A stretch of DNA of 64,000 nt from a bacterium (GCA_030429765.1 JAUIER010000004.1:97131-161130), one strand, 5' to 3'. Numbered from the stretch's first letter, positions 49,121 through 59,203 are shown. The notes: generated by a model from the letters alone, not told the origin. Made by a program: numbers and translations.

Positions 49121-49798
49121 CTAAGGCTGGACCGGTTTGTACTCCGAATTCGGCTGGATCGATCCCATGATATTATTCTCCGCCAGGACGCCCATATCAA
49201 TCACATCCACCGGCAGCGTCATCCGCTCTTCGGGGATATCCACGCCCTCATCAATCCGGGTAGCGGTATATTCCGTGTGGAATCCTCTCACACGCGTCAC
49301 GTATTTCAGGGCGATATTCTTGTAGACCCATACGGTCCCGTCCAGAAACGGCAACTCATACACCCGGCAAACCTTGCCGGCGACCGTCTCCTCACCCTTG
49401 CCCTGTGCTCCCAAGCGCTTCAAACCCTCTGGGCTGTAATCACTCATCTCGCCGGCGGTCAGGTCGATGTGCAGCCCGGGCGCTATTTTTTTATTGAGAT
49501 CAATCTGGATCTTCTTACGGCGAATCAGGTCCACATTGTAGACCACATCCCCCTCTCGGAGGGTCATACGTTGCTGCTCTTGATTGATCCCATCCATCAT
49601 CAGCTTGTAGGTACTATGACGTGCCTCACGCTCCCCCCAGTCCGTGATGTACGCCGTCTCTTCTCCCTTTATATGTCCGGAGATGTTGTACTGAATCACC
49701 GCTGATTCAAGACCATAGGGACGTTCCGCCGCCAGCACAGGCTGGGTCACCACGGATACCAACACGCCTACCATAAATGTCCGCCAGAATAAATTCAT
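49121..49798 (-). CDS. secreted hypothetical protein
   Basis: 225 aa with signal peptide ...TQPVLAAERP; no recognised motif. Confidence 0.4.
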   Translation of the reverse strand: MNLFWRTFMVGVLVSVVTQPVLAAERPYGLESAVIQYNISGHIKGEETAYITDWGEREARHSTYKLMMDGINQEQQRMTLREGDVVYNVDLIRRKKIQIDLNKKIAPGLHIDLTAGEMSDYSPEGLKRLGAQGKGEETVAGKVCRVYELPFLDGTVWVYKNIALKYVTRVRGFHTEYTATRIDEGVDIPEERMTLPVDVIDMGVLAENNIMGSIQPNSEYKPVQP

Positions 49799-49902
49799 GA
49801 TGCCTCCTTCGAGTTATCAGGATTGCTTGAAATCGAATACCGAACCCATACCCAAAGCGGTCCGGATCTGTATTGTACTATAGCAACAATATCTGTTGGA
49901 AA

Positions 49903-52164
49903 TTAATTTCGGCCCCTTTTGGACAGGGCAAATTCTAGTTTGGATAGATACGATTCGCTGGGCTGATAGCCGTTACTACGTGCTTGCGATAGATCATCCC
50001 AAGCCTGTCGGAACCGCTTCATCTTATAATAGGCCATCGAACGGTAGTAGTAACTGAGACCCAATTCCTGACCGGTGGCGATCGCGGCGTCGAAGTCTTC
50101 CATCGCCCGGTCGATCTTCTTCATTTTCAAGAAGAGGAATCCACGATTGAGATACGCGCGCGCGTACTCCGGATCCAGCGCAATGGCCTTGTTGTAATCC
50201 TTCAAGGCGAGATCGATCCGTCCTTTGAGCTCGTGGATATATCCGCGGTTGTTGTAGATCTTTTCCTGTGCCGGATCGATTTCAATCGCCCGGTTAAAGT
50301 CCTTCAAAGCCAGATCGTAATGTTTCTGATCCTTGAGCAAGACCCCGCGATTATTGTAGGCCTCAACGTAAGACGGATCTTGCTGGATCGCCCAGGCAAA
50401 ATCTTCAAGGCTCTGCCGGTCTTTCTGAATACTGCGGTACAGCCGCGCGCGATTCAAGTACGCGTAGGCAAAATCCGGATCAATCAGCAGGGCTTTATTA
50501 AAATCAGCTAGTGCCAACACCCAATCCCCGCGTTTGAGATAAATGGCCCCGCGTGCGTTATAGGCCGCCTGATTCGATGAATCAAGTTCCAGGGCCTTGG
50601 CAAAATCATCAAACGCGCTGTCCTGATCGCCCTTAGCCTTGAGGACCAGTCCACGATTGACATAAAACTCCGCCACCTCAGCATCAATGGTGATGGCCTT
50701 TTCGTACTGTTCCAGGGCCAGATCGAGATCGCCCTTGATGCGATAAATATCTCCGATGTGACCAAATCCTCGGGCAAACTCAGGCTTCATACCCACGGCC
50801 TTCTGAAAACTCTGCATCGCTTGGTCAAACTGATTACCCTTCAAATAGGCAAGCCCCAGTTCATCGTACGCCCGGACTTTTTCCGGGGACTTAACTATCA
50901 CATCATTCCATAATGAAACACCGCTCTGCCATAACGCGTTTCGCTGAACTGTCAGTACGGAAAGCAGGGCAACGATCACCATCCCCACACCGAAATAAAA
51001 CCTTTTGTACTTGAGCAATTTAAACAGCAAGACGGCCAGACCGATACACAGACCGACACTCGGCAAATACATTCGGTGTTCCTGAATGACATTGGCCAGC
51101 GGGATAATACTGGACTCGACGGACAGTGCCAAAAAGAACCATAAAATGCCGAATGACACCAACTGAAATCCGCGTTGCAGGCGCAAAGCAACAAGAAATA
51201 TAACCAGTAGAATAATGAAACTCGTCATGGTCCCGGATTCAGTGAAGCCGTGCGATAGTGGAAAATCATAGTCAAAATTCAGACTCAGTGGATAGAAAAA
51301 TGTCTTGAGATAAGTTGTAATCACGCTAAATTGCGTGATGAAATAGGATCCGCTGGTGATCGTCTGTTCACTGATATCGTGTGACTGAGACACAATTTGT
51401 CGACCGACAATAGACTCCGAATCAAACTCGTACAGAAATGGGATGATCAGCGCAAAGGCCAGGATAAAAACCAAATGTACAAAAGAGAACGTCCGCTCTG
51501 CTCCCGGCGTTTTCTTGGTCGTTCTCAGAAAATAAAATTCAAACAGGACAAGCATAAACGGCAGCGTGAAGGCAGTCTCTTTACTGAACATCGCACAAAC
51601 GGCGGATATCATACACACAAAGTAAAAGCGCTTACGTATTTTAGGATTCAACCTGGCCAGCAAATAAAAGATAATGGTCATCAGATAAAACATCGTCGCC
51701 ATCGACGTAGCACGCTGACCGATGTACGTGACAGCCTGAGTCTGCAGCGGATGGGCCAAGAAAAGCAGCGATGACAATAACGCCAGACCATATCGATATT
51801 TTCGGACCTCTTCCTTCTTATAACGCGGTGTATCAGCGATAACCAAGAATAGTATCCACACCAAAATGGCATTAAAAATATGAATGGCATTGTTAACCAG
51901 ATGATAACCCAGGACATTATGCTGTCCCCAGCGGTAGTTTAAGGCAAAACTAAGTTTGGGAAGAACCCTGGTTAGATGAGAATAATGCGGAAGGATCGCA
52001 TCCAGATTGGAAATATCGCGAATGGAGGGATTTTCAACGACATTCGCCCGTCCATCGATCTGGAACGGGGCATTTAACGAATTGGCATAGATAAAACCGC
52101 CAAGTACAACAATAGTCACTAACGAGAATAGTCTCGTCCACAAAAAATTAGATTTCGATTCCAT
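49903..52164 (-). CDS. TMTC-like membrane protein: N-terminal GT-C/PMT_2(DUF1736)-like multi-TM domain plus long C-terminal TPR array
   Basis: 753 aa; shares N-terminal motif (DGRANVVENPSIRD vs DDQYLVAENAQIKD) and TPR tail with 3273..4985. Confidence 0.6.
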   Translation of the reverse strand: MESKSNFLWTRLFSLVTIVVLGGFIYANSLNAPFQIDGRANVVENPSIRDISNLDAILPHYSHLTRVLPKLSFALNYRWGQHNVLGYHLVNNAIHIFNAILVWILFLVIADTPRYKKEEVRKYRYGLALLSSLLFLAHPLQTQAVTYIGQRATSMATMFYLMTIIFYLLARLNPKIRKRFYFVCMISAVCAMFSKETAFTLPFMLVLFEFYFLRTTKKTPGAERTFSFVHLVFILAFALIIPFLYEFDSESIVGRQIVSQSHDISEQTITSGSYFITQFSVITTYLKTFFYPLSLNFDYDFPLSHGFTESGTMTSFIILLVIFLVALRLQRGFQLVSFGILWFFLALSVESSIIPLANVIQEHRMYLPSVGLCIGLAVLLFKLLKYKRFYFGVGMVIVALLSVLTVQRNALWQSGVSLWNDVIVKSPEKVRAYDELGLAYLKGNQFDQAMQSFQKAVGMKPEFARGFGHIGDIYRIKGDLDLALEQYEKAITIDAEVAEFYVNRGLVLKAKGDQDSAFDDFAKALELDSSNQAAYNARGAIYLKRGDWVLALADFNKALLIDPDFAYAYLNRARLYRSIQKDRQSLEDFAWAIQQDPSYVEAYNNRGVLLKDQKHYDLALKDFNRAIEIDPAQEKIYNNRGYIHELKGRIDLALKDYNKAIALDPEYARAYLNRGFLFLKMKKIDRAMEDFDAAIATGQELGLSYYYRSMAYYKMKRFRQAWDDLSQARSNGYQPSESYLSKLEFALSKRGRN

Positions 52165-52411
52165 AGCAAACAGACCCTGTGTCCAACAAACTGAATTGGC
52201 TCAAATGTTAATTGATCTAGACAAAAATAAATTACGCTGCGCGGTCGCTGTTGTCGTATTCTTCTGTAGGAATGTAATTCCCTTGTCGCTCTAAATCTGT
52301 CAGATTCCGCACGGAAGGCGGTAAAAATTAGATTTAAAGTATTGCATATTCTAACGAAAATGCAATTTTTTTTCAAGCAAAACCATTTGGCCCTGAATTG
52401 TTTAGGATCTT

Positions 52412-52849
52412 CTAGTTCTGGACAATCTGAGGCCCGGTGAACTGCAGAATTTTCCGCTCACCTGTGCGGCTATGCTGAAGGACGGCTGAATTCATCGTAA
52501 TGGTGTGAACGACAAACTCATCAATGGCATCCCCTGTCTTATAAACCCGTCCGTTGATCAGCGCGTGAAATTTGTCAGACATCTGACTGGAGCCTTCCAG
52601 GACGTACTCCCGGACTCTCGGCTCGGGCATTCTGACGATAACCGGTGCTTTGGGCTTGATATGATTGCGTATCACCGCCAGACGCTCGAGCTGCTGATCA
52701 TGATAGTCAACGGCCGTCAGATGTTTTTGCACATAGGCCGCTGTGCTGCGCTGGAACCCTATGGTGATGCCGATAATGGCAATCAAGGCCAGCCGGATTT
52801 GAAAGGACCGGTCGGTCAGTATCATTTTTATATATTTCATATGGACCAC
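52412..52849 (-). CDS. PilP / GspC-HR-like periplasmic pilus/secretion assembly protein with N-terminal TM
   Basis: 145 aa; TM helix then beta-rich segment EYVLEGSSQMSDKFHALINGRVYKTGDAIDEFVVHTITMNSAVLQ typical of PilP/GspC HR domains; last gene of pilus/T2SS cluster. Confidence 0.4.
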   Translation of the reverse strand: MVHMKYIKMILTDRSFQIRLALIAIIGITIGFQRSTAAYVQKHLTAVDYHDQQLERLAVIRNHIKPKAPVIVRMPEPRVREYVLEGSSQMSDKFHALINGRVYKTGDAIDEFVVHTITMNSAVLQHSRTGERKILQFTGPQIVQN

Positions 52850-52867
52850 CTACTCTGATATAGTCGA

Positions 52868-53794
52868 TTAGTTTTTAGTCTGGTGCACGTAACTTTGCGC
52901 CTCTCCCCGCTCAAGCGCCTGATGAATCCGTTGACTTGACTGATGAATGGAAAATGTCGACCACAGACAGATCACCATCAGAATCCCTACCAGCGCCGTG
53001 AACCCGTGCAGCAGGTACCCCCGCACCTCATCTGACACCACATGCTCCCGGGCGAGATTGATACTGAACAGGGCATGCTGCGAATTCTGTGCCCGCTTGA
53101 CGTCCTGGGCATCTTTATAATGCGACTGACTGTCAAACGTCGTCTGGATCTCATTGATAATACGATCCTGCTCCGGGATATCTCCGGAAAAGTAAATGTG
53201 ATCAAAATGCTTCACCGTACTCTTCGCGCAGGCGCTACGCAGCGACTGCTTGATCTCAAACAAGGCCTCGCTGAAATTGTCATACGCGACTTTGCGCAGC
53301 AACTCGAACTTCAAGTCATGCATCACGGCGAGGTTGATGTAGCCATCCCGGGAAAAATCCAGCAGACAAAATCGGTGCGACACTTCGGGATGATCCTGAT
53401 AAAACGCGTTGATGCTCGTCAGAATATAGGCCGTAATCCGGATAACCTCAAATCCTGAATCCTGCACGACTTTATTGTATCTGTTGATCAGACTCTTTGG
53501 CGCACAGGTAAACACCCCGCAAACCGAACCATCTTTGCTGGAAAAAATCTGATAGTCAAACGCGATTTGATCCGCCGGCAGGTTCAAAAGCTCGACGGAA
53601 ACCATCTGTAACCGCGTCTTGATATCTTTGATCTTGATATTCGGGATATTAAACGGCTGAACAAGCACATCAGGCCCGCTGATCGACAAGGCCACATACT
53701 TGTATTGGGCCGTCTCCATCAGCGAAAGCTGACTCAGCTGAACAGACAATTCATCGGGACTTGAGGCATTCACGGTTAGTGTTTTATTGGTCAT
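52868..53794 (-). CDS. GspL-like / PilM-like cytoplasmic actin-fold assembly protein with C-terminal TM segment
   Basis: 308 aa; cytoplasmic domain followed by LLHGFTALVGILMVICLW TM; position between GspK-like and PilP-like genes. Confidence 0.45.
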   Translation of the reverse strand: MTNKTLTVNASSPDELSVQLSQLSLMETAQYKYVALSISGPDVLVQPFNIPNIKIKDIKTRLQMVSVELLNLPADQIAFDYQIFSSKDGSVCGVFTCAPKSLINRYNKVVQDSGFEVIRITAYILTSINAFYQDHPEVSHRFCLLDFSRDGYINLAVMHDLKFELLRKVAYDNFSEALFEIKQSLRSACAKSTVKHFDHIYFSGDIPEQDRIINEIQTTFDSQSHYKDAQDVKRAQNSQHALFSINLAREHVVSDEVRGYLLHGFTALVGILMVICLWSTFSIHQSSQRIHQALERGEAQSYVHQTKN

Positions 53795-53807
53795 AACATC
53801 ATCCCTG

Positions 53808-54761
53808 TTAAATGTTATCGTCTAACTGCTCGACTTCTTTCCAGGATTTGACGGCCAGGCTCGATGGATTCGTCGGAAACCCGCCAAATCGCGAGCGGGC
53901 AATCGCACCGTCAACGGCCTGTCCATTAAATTTGATATCACCCGTAAATCCCTCCGGCAGTCCTCCGGCGATGATTTTCGATTCACCTTCCAAGAACACT
54001 GATCCCTTGATCTGGATACCGTCGTCGATAATAATCTCTGTATCACCTTTGATGTACACAATCCCTTCGACGGATCCTTGAAATAAGATAAAGGGCGTCG
54101 CATTATGGTTTTGATTGGCACCAGTCACATCGATCACCAAGATCGTATTCGGATTTTGCGGCACAGGAACTTCGACACCCTCATCATTCGTATCAAATGT
54201 CAGACAAGTGATTTGATCAAATCCGTTGGGGTCAATATCATTTACAAAAACATGTCCCGGCGAACAGAATGACTCTTGAATATTCGTCCCCTCAGGGATA
54301 TTAAATGTTTCATTGAAACTCAAATTTGGCTTTTCTTTGACCTCTCCGGGATTGAGAAAGAACGGCAAATTTGGAATCGGATTACTCGTCGTCACCGGAT
54401 AATCGGGAAAATTGGAATTACTGATATTCGCGATAATCGATCGCCGCTCACCGTTCACCAATCCATACGCCTGGACCTTCCATTCAAACACGCGGCCTGG
54501 CGATGTCTCGGAGACATAGTCAAACGAACGGTTGGTGTCCAGCACCGTCGCCGCTTCCGCGATTGATCGCACCGCCGGCAGCTTGGCCTTGGCCAATTGC
54601 ACCGCGCCGTCCGCCAGCCAAAAGGCCTCCATCGAGGCTTTACGCGCGGCCACCGCCCGATGCTCACTCATGGCATGATGAATCGACGCCATCCCCAACA
54701 TCGTAAACACAACAACAAATCCCATCGTCACAATCAACACAGATCCGCGTTCATCTTTCAT
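53808..54761 (-). CDS. GspK-like minor pseudopilin
   Basis: 317 aa; N-terminus ERGSVLIVTMGFVVVFTMLGMA resembles GspK (non-canonical, no Phe+1/Glu+5), large periplasmic domain. Confidence 0.45.
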   Translation of the reverse strand: MKDERGSVLIVTMGFVVVFTMLGMASIHHAMSEHRAVAARKASMEAFWLADGAVQLAKAKLPAVRSIAEAATVLDTNRSFDYVSETSPGRVFEWKVQAYGLVNGERRSIIANISNSNFPDYPVTTSNPIPNLPFFLNPGEVKEKPNLSFNETFNIPEGTNIQESFCSPGHVFVNDIDPNGFDQITCLTFDTNDEGVEVPVPQNPNTILVIDVTGANQNHNATPFILFQGSVEGIVYIKGDTEIIIDDGIQIKGSVFLEGESKIIAGGLPEGFTGDIKFNGQAVDGAIARSRFGGFPTNPSSLAVKSWKEVEQLDDNI

Positions 54762-55291
54762 GAGGCCCTCCTCAGAATAGAAACATCCGGCATTGAAAAT
54801 GGTATCTCGCCCTTGATCCCCTGTATTTTCTGAATCGTAATCGTATTATTCACGCGGGTGAATTCAATCGTGTTTTGATCATTGTCCGCCGTATCGATAG
54901 AGAATATCGCGTCGCGATGATTGACATTATTGATATCGGGAACAAAGACAAAATCAACACGTGAAGAACCCGTTTCCTGAAAAAGCCCAAATCCTCCCCC
55001 GTCGACCAAAAGCACATTGGTTCCGACCCATCTGGGATCACCGTCAGGCGCGTTGACAATGCTCAAATTGGTGGAACTGTTACGGACACGGTTGCGAACC
55101 AGCTTGAGTCCGTGGCCCAGGTCGCTGTAGATTTGGGCTTCTTTCTGCAGTTTATTATAGGAACGGTGCCCGATGTGAGCCACCGCTCCTATAATAAGCA
55201 TAAACACAGCGGCAACGATCATGGCCACCTGCAGCTCGACCAATGAAAACCCCTTGTTTGCAATTCGCTTCTTTTTTTGTTTTCTTCTCAT
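54758..55291 (-). CDS. prepilin-type N-terminal cleavage/methylation domain pseudopilin (GspJ/H-like)
   Basis: KGFSLVELQVAMIVAAVF: G|F cleavage site, Glu+5, hydrophobic helix. Confidence 0.6.
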   Translation of the reverse strand: MRRKQKKKRIANKGFSLVELQVAMIVAAVFMLIIGAVAHIGHRSYNKLQKEAQIYSDLGHGLKLVRNRVRNSSTNLSIVNAPDGDPRWVGTNVLLVDGGGFGLFQETGSSRVDFVFVPDINNVNHRDAIFSIDTADNDQNTIEFTRVNNTITIQKIQGIKGEIPFSMPDVSILRRAS

Positions 55292-55698
55292 TGCGCTATG
55301 TATGTTACAAGTTTTACCGATTTAGGGTATGTGGAATTCGCTTCCTTCCACTGAATCTCGACATCCACTTGTTTATGTTTGGCGTCGGGCGCACTGACCG
55401 AGATGATTTCCTTACCGGATAAGTTGGCCAATACCGATGATGACAAGGCTGTTTCCGTGGGATTCAACGGATCGGTGACGGCGATACTACCATACCCTTT
55501 TTCCTTGATCTCCTCCAGCGCGTGATCGGCCAGCTCCATGGCGACTTTTTTATGGACCATATACGCCATGATCTCATTGGCATTGTGGTACAACGCCATA
55601 CCACCGGTCATGATCACCCCCAGAAGCAGGATCGACACAAGCACTTCAATCAAGGTAAATCCTGCACTATTTTCCAGTTTAGACGTAAGCATAAACAT
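55288..55698 (-). CDS. prepilin-type pseudopilin (GspI-like)
   Basis: AGFTLIEVLVSILLLGVIM prepilin motif with Glu+5; 136 aa. Confidence 0.6.
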   Translation of the reverse strand: MFMLTSKLENSAGFTLIEVLVSILLLGVIMTGGMALYHNANEIMAYMVHKKVAMELADHALEEIKEKGYGSIAVTDPLNPTETALSSSVLANLSGKEIISVSAPDAKHKQVDVEIQWKEANSTYPKSVKLVTYIAQ

Positions 55699-55710
55699 TA
55701 CCCATTTAGA

Positions 55711-56235
55711 CTAATAGGTTTGCCAATCCACAGCTTTGCCGGCATCATCTGTATCATATGATACAAATATTCGACCCGAGTTATCCATTTCCAATTGATA
55801 CTTTGTGGTTTCCGCTTTTTTAAGAGCACAATTGGTCGATTTGTCGCAGGTATTTGACAAAGCCCCATTGGCGCGAATAATGAAATCGACCGCCGCTGGA
55901 TTGTTCCAAGGAGCGCTCCCTTTATCTTTGGCAATTACTTCAAATGCACCGTTACCAAAATACTGGGCCGTACCGGTTTTAATATCCAATCCACCGGCTG
56001 TTTTGTTTTTTTCTAGATCTGCAGCCTTGACCTCAGACGGGTATACTCCACTACTAACAAATTGATCCCTTAAAGCCTGACGGATCAAACTCATCGTTGC
56101 GACAGCTTCAGATGCCTTGGCTTTTTTGGTGTTCCCCAGAAAAACCGGCGTGGCCACCGCCGCCAAAATCCCGACGATAACCAAGACCACTAAAAGTTCC
56201 ACCATTGTAAAACCTTTGTTATTTGTCCTCATCAT
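55711..56235 (-). CDS. major pseudopilin / type IV pilin (GspG/PilA-like)
   Basis: NNKGFTMVELLVVLVIVGILAAVATP classic class-III signal; strong AAGGGGG SD upstream. Confidence 0.75.
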   Translation of the reverse strand: MMRTNNKGFTMVELLVVLVIVGILAAVATPVFLGNTKKAKASEAVATMSLIRQALRDQFVSSGVYPSEVKAADLEKNKTAGGLDIKTGTAQYFGNGAFEVIAKDKGSAPWNNPAAVDFIIRANGALSNTCDKSTNCALKKAETTKYQLEMDNSGRIFVSYDTDDAGKAVDWQTY

Positions 56236-56278
56236 TACCCCCTTTACTTTAAATCCATTGTTTGAACACTTGTTGTCG

Positions 56279-57502
56279 TTAACTTATCGCTGATGACATC
56301 TGAAAGATTGGCAAGTACAACGCCAGCACAACCAAAAGAACGATACCCCCGACGAACATAATCAGGATCGGCTCGAGCATGGTTGTCAGGTTCTGCAGCG
56401 TCGAGTCCAACTCGTCATCATAATAATCAGCCGTTCGCGTAAGCATTTCGTGGATCTTTCCACTGCGCTCACCGACGGATGTCATTTTGGAACACAATCT
56501 CGGAAATAATTCCTGCCGCTTCATCTCTTCAGCCAAGGCGCCGCCGGATAACACGCGCTGCTTGACCATATGAATCGCGTCGCGCATCGGCAGATGATTG
56601 ACCGCGATGGCCGTAATTTCCAGCGCCTTCGCTAAACTGACACCTCCACTTAACAGGAATCCCAACGTCCGGCAATAACGGGACACCATCGCCTTATGGA
56701 TGACCTCCGGTCCGAGCACCGGCACACGCAGCTTCCATTTATCGACGACGAAACGAAACTTCTCAAAACGTAATGAGTACACAAAAGCGATAGTTAAAGC
56801 CACGGCCGTCAGGAATATCACCGGCGCGTAGTGAATAGCGCCCTGGCTGAATCCGACCACCATTCGCGTCAAGAGTGGCAACTGCGCTCCTGCCCCCTCA
56901 AACATTCCCTGAAATTTGGGGATCAGGAAGAACACGATGACCATCATGACAAAGATGGCAAATCCCAAAACAAACAGCGGATAGCGCACCGCGTTTTTGA
57001 CTTTTTCCTTCAATCGTTCGGACGCCTCCAAATATTTGGCCAGACTGGCCATGGTGATGTGCAGATTTCCAGTGGCCTCCCCGGACTTGACGATGGACGT
57101 GTACGTCACCGGAAAGATCTTGGGATACCGCTCGAGCGCGCTGGAAAAATCCGAACCGCCCTGAATACTGGTCTTGATTTTTGAAATGATCTCACCGAAA
57201 TTTCGATTCTCCTGATCCTCCGCAATAGTCTCCAACGCCTCGCTCAGTAGAAGCCCCGCGCTCAAGGTCGCCGCCAGCTGTCGTGTGAATACCGCCAGGT
57301 CCTTTCCCGACACGCGCGCGCCGCGCCATCGTGATAGGCCCGACAGCATTTTCGACTTGGCCTTGTCCAGCTCAAGGACTTTCAGCGGAATCAGATCCTC
57401 GGTCTTTAAACGCATCACCAGCTCGGTCATATTTGCCGCGCTGGCCACTCCGTTAATCTTCTGTCCGGTCTTTTTGTGACTGGCAATATATTTGAAGTCC
57501 AT
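56279..57502 (-). CDS. type II secretion / type IV pilus platform protein (GspF/PilC family)
   Basis: 407 aa with duplicated T2SSF domains and 3 TM helices. Confidence 0.9.
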   Translation of the reverse strand: MDFKYIASHKKTGQKINGVASAANMTELVMRLKTEDLIPLKVLELDKAKSKMLSGLSRWRGARVSGKDLAVFTRQLAATLSAGLLLSEALETIAEDQENRNFGEIISKIKTSIQGGSDFSSALERYPKIFPVTYTSIVKSGEATGNLHITMASLAKYLEASERLKEKVKNAVRYPLFVLGFAIFVMMVIVFFLIPKFQGMFEGAGAQLPLLTRMVVGFSQGAIHYAPVIFLTAVALTIAFVYSLRFEKFRFVVDKWKLRVPVLGPEVIHKAMVSRYCRTLGFLLSGGVSLAKALEITAIAVNHLPMRDAIHMVKQRVLSGGALAEEMKRQELFPRLCSKMTSVGERSGKIHEMLTRTADYYDDELDSTLQNLTTMLEPILIMFVGGIVLLVVLALYLPIFQMSSAIS

Positions 57503-59203
57503 CTATAACTCCTCCGTTTCCTGGGTTACCCTGAGGATTTCCTCGGGAGTTGTAAAACCGTTTCGTAAATACTCCATACCGATCTCGCGCAGCGGACGCA
57601 TCCCGGCTAGCTGCGCTTGCTGACGAACAACATCGCTGGATTCTCCGTCGAGAATCGCCCGCCGGATGTTTTCATTCGGCATCAACACTTCGTATATCCC
57701 CTTGCGCCCACTATACCCACTGTTCATACACTTCGAACAACCGCGTCCGTAATAGTAGGTGTGATCCGTGATTGAGACTCCGAGTTGATGAAACAAGTCG
57801 GCGTCACCATTAAATGGCTGTTTACAATCCGGACAGATCATCCGGATCAAACGTTGCGCGATCACACCGATGATCGACGAGGTGATCAAGAACGGCTCGA
57901 CCCCCATCTTAACCAGACGGACCGGTGCTCCGGCAGCGTCATTGGTGTGCAGGGTGGAAAAAACCAAATGGCCGGTTAGCGCGGCATGGATGGCGATCTC
58001 GGCGGTCTCCTGATCCCGGATCTCGCCAACCATAATGACATCCGGATCCTGACGCAAAATTGATCGCAATCCCCGGGCAAAGTCAAAACCGATATTCGCA
58101 TTGACCTGCGACTGCTGGATAAACGGCAGCCGGTATTCAACCGGATCTTCCAGCGTGATAATATTTTTTTCATCTGACTTGATCTCGTTTAGCGCGGTGT
58201 AGAGCGTTGTGGTCTTTCCGCTACCAGTCGGCCCGGTCACCAGGATCAACCCATAAGGTTTGGCCAACATCTTCCGAAACTTTACGAGGTCTTCATCCAG
58301 CATCCCCAGTTGCGGCAATCCCAATAGCGGAGCAGATGTATCCAGCAAACGCATCACCACGCTCTCGCCATAGATTGTTGGAAAGGATGAAACACGTAAA
58401 TCCACTTCATGTCCGGCAATATTGATCTTGAACCGGCCATCCTGTGGCAAACGCTTTTCGGCGATATCCAGATTGGCCAGGATCTTAATGCGGGTGTTGA
58501 TCGCCGCCAACATCTCCAGCGGAGGCGGATCGTTATGATGCAGCACGCCATCCACCCGAAGACGGAGTTCCGCCCGGTCCTGCTTGGGCTGCAGATGGAT
58601 ATCGCTGGCCCGGCTGTTCACCGCCTGGACAATCAGCGAACGCACAAACTGCACCACCGGCTGGTCTCCCGCCTCGTACGTGACGGCGGATTCGGCATCC
58701 TCACAGAAGTCCGACTCGATCTCGGCCGTCTCCATCTCGGTATCGATAAATTTCTTGATATGCTGGCGCATCCGCGGCAGGTTGTGGTAGCAATACTCAA
58801 TCGCCTCCTTGATATCATCTTCGGCCGCGATCACACATTCGATCTTGTGACCGGTCTTCATCCGTAATGTATCAATGGCCAGCAGGTTTAACGGGTCAAA
58901 CGTGGCCACGATCAGCGTGTTATCTTTGAGTTCTATCGGTATGATATTAAAGCGTTTAGCTAATTCTTCCGGGACGGTATCAATTAAATCCGCCGGAAGG
59001 CTCTTGTAGAAGTCTTTGAGGTTAATGAAAGGAATCCGGAAGTATTTGGCCAAGGCGGGGGCCATGGATTCCGGGGTGGCAAATCCCATACGAAGGACGA
59101 TATCACCCAAACGGTCATGGGAGATCTTTTGTTCGTCCAGGGCGCGGTCGAGCTCATCTGATGTCAACAGTCCTGCTTGTTTGAGAGTTTCACCGATCTT
59201 CAC
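57503..59203 (-). CDS. type II secretion / type IV pilus assembly ATPase (GspE/PilB family) with N-terminal GSPII_E_N (MshEN-like) domain
   Basis: 566 aa; LVTGPTGSGKTTTLY Walker A, tetracysteine CPDC...CSKC motif; N-terminus KIGETLKQAGLLTSDELDRALDEQ and RLGDIVLRMGFATPESMAPALAKYF. Confidence 0.9.
   Translation of the reverse strand: MKIGETLKQAGLLTSDELDRALDEQKISHDRLGDIVLRMGFATPESMAPALAKYFRIPFINLKDFYKSLPADLIDTVPEELAKRFNIIPIELKDNTLIVATFDPLNLLAIDTLRMKTGHKIECVIAAEDDIKEAIEYCYHNLPRMRQHIKKFIDTEMETAEIESDFCEDAESAVTYEAGDQPVVQFVRSLIVQAVNSRASDIHLQPKQDRAELRLRVDGVLHHNDPPPLEMLAAINTRIKILANLDIAEKRLPQDGRFKINIAGHEVDLRVSSFPTIYGESVVMRLLDTSAPLLGLPQLGMLDEDLVKFRKMLAKPYGLILVTGPTGSGKTTTLYTALNEIKSDEKNIITLEDPVEYRLPFIQQSQVNANIGFDFARGLRSILRQDPDVIMVGEIRDQETAEIAIHAALTGHLVFSTLHTNDAAGAPVRLVKMGVEPFLITSSIIGVIAQRLIRMICPDCKQPFNGDADLFHQLGVSITDHTYYYGRGCSKCMNSGYSGRKGIYEVLMPNENIRRAILDGESSDVVRQQAQLAGMRPLREIGMEYLRNGFTTPEEILRVTQETEEL

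Noticed and set aside
56236-56278. sigma54 promoter upstream of the pilin gene
   Set aside because: No GG-N10-GC (-24/-12) element; only a strong SD.
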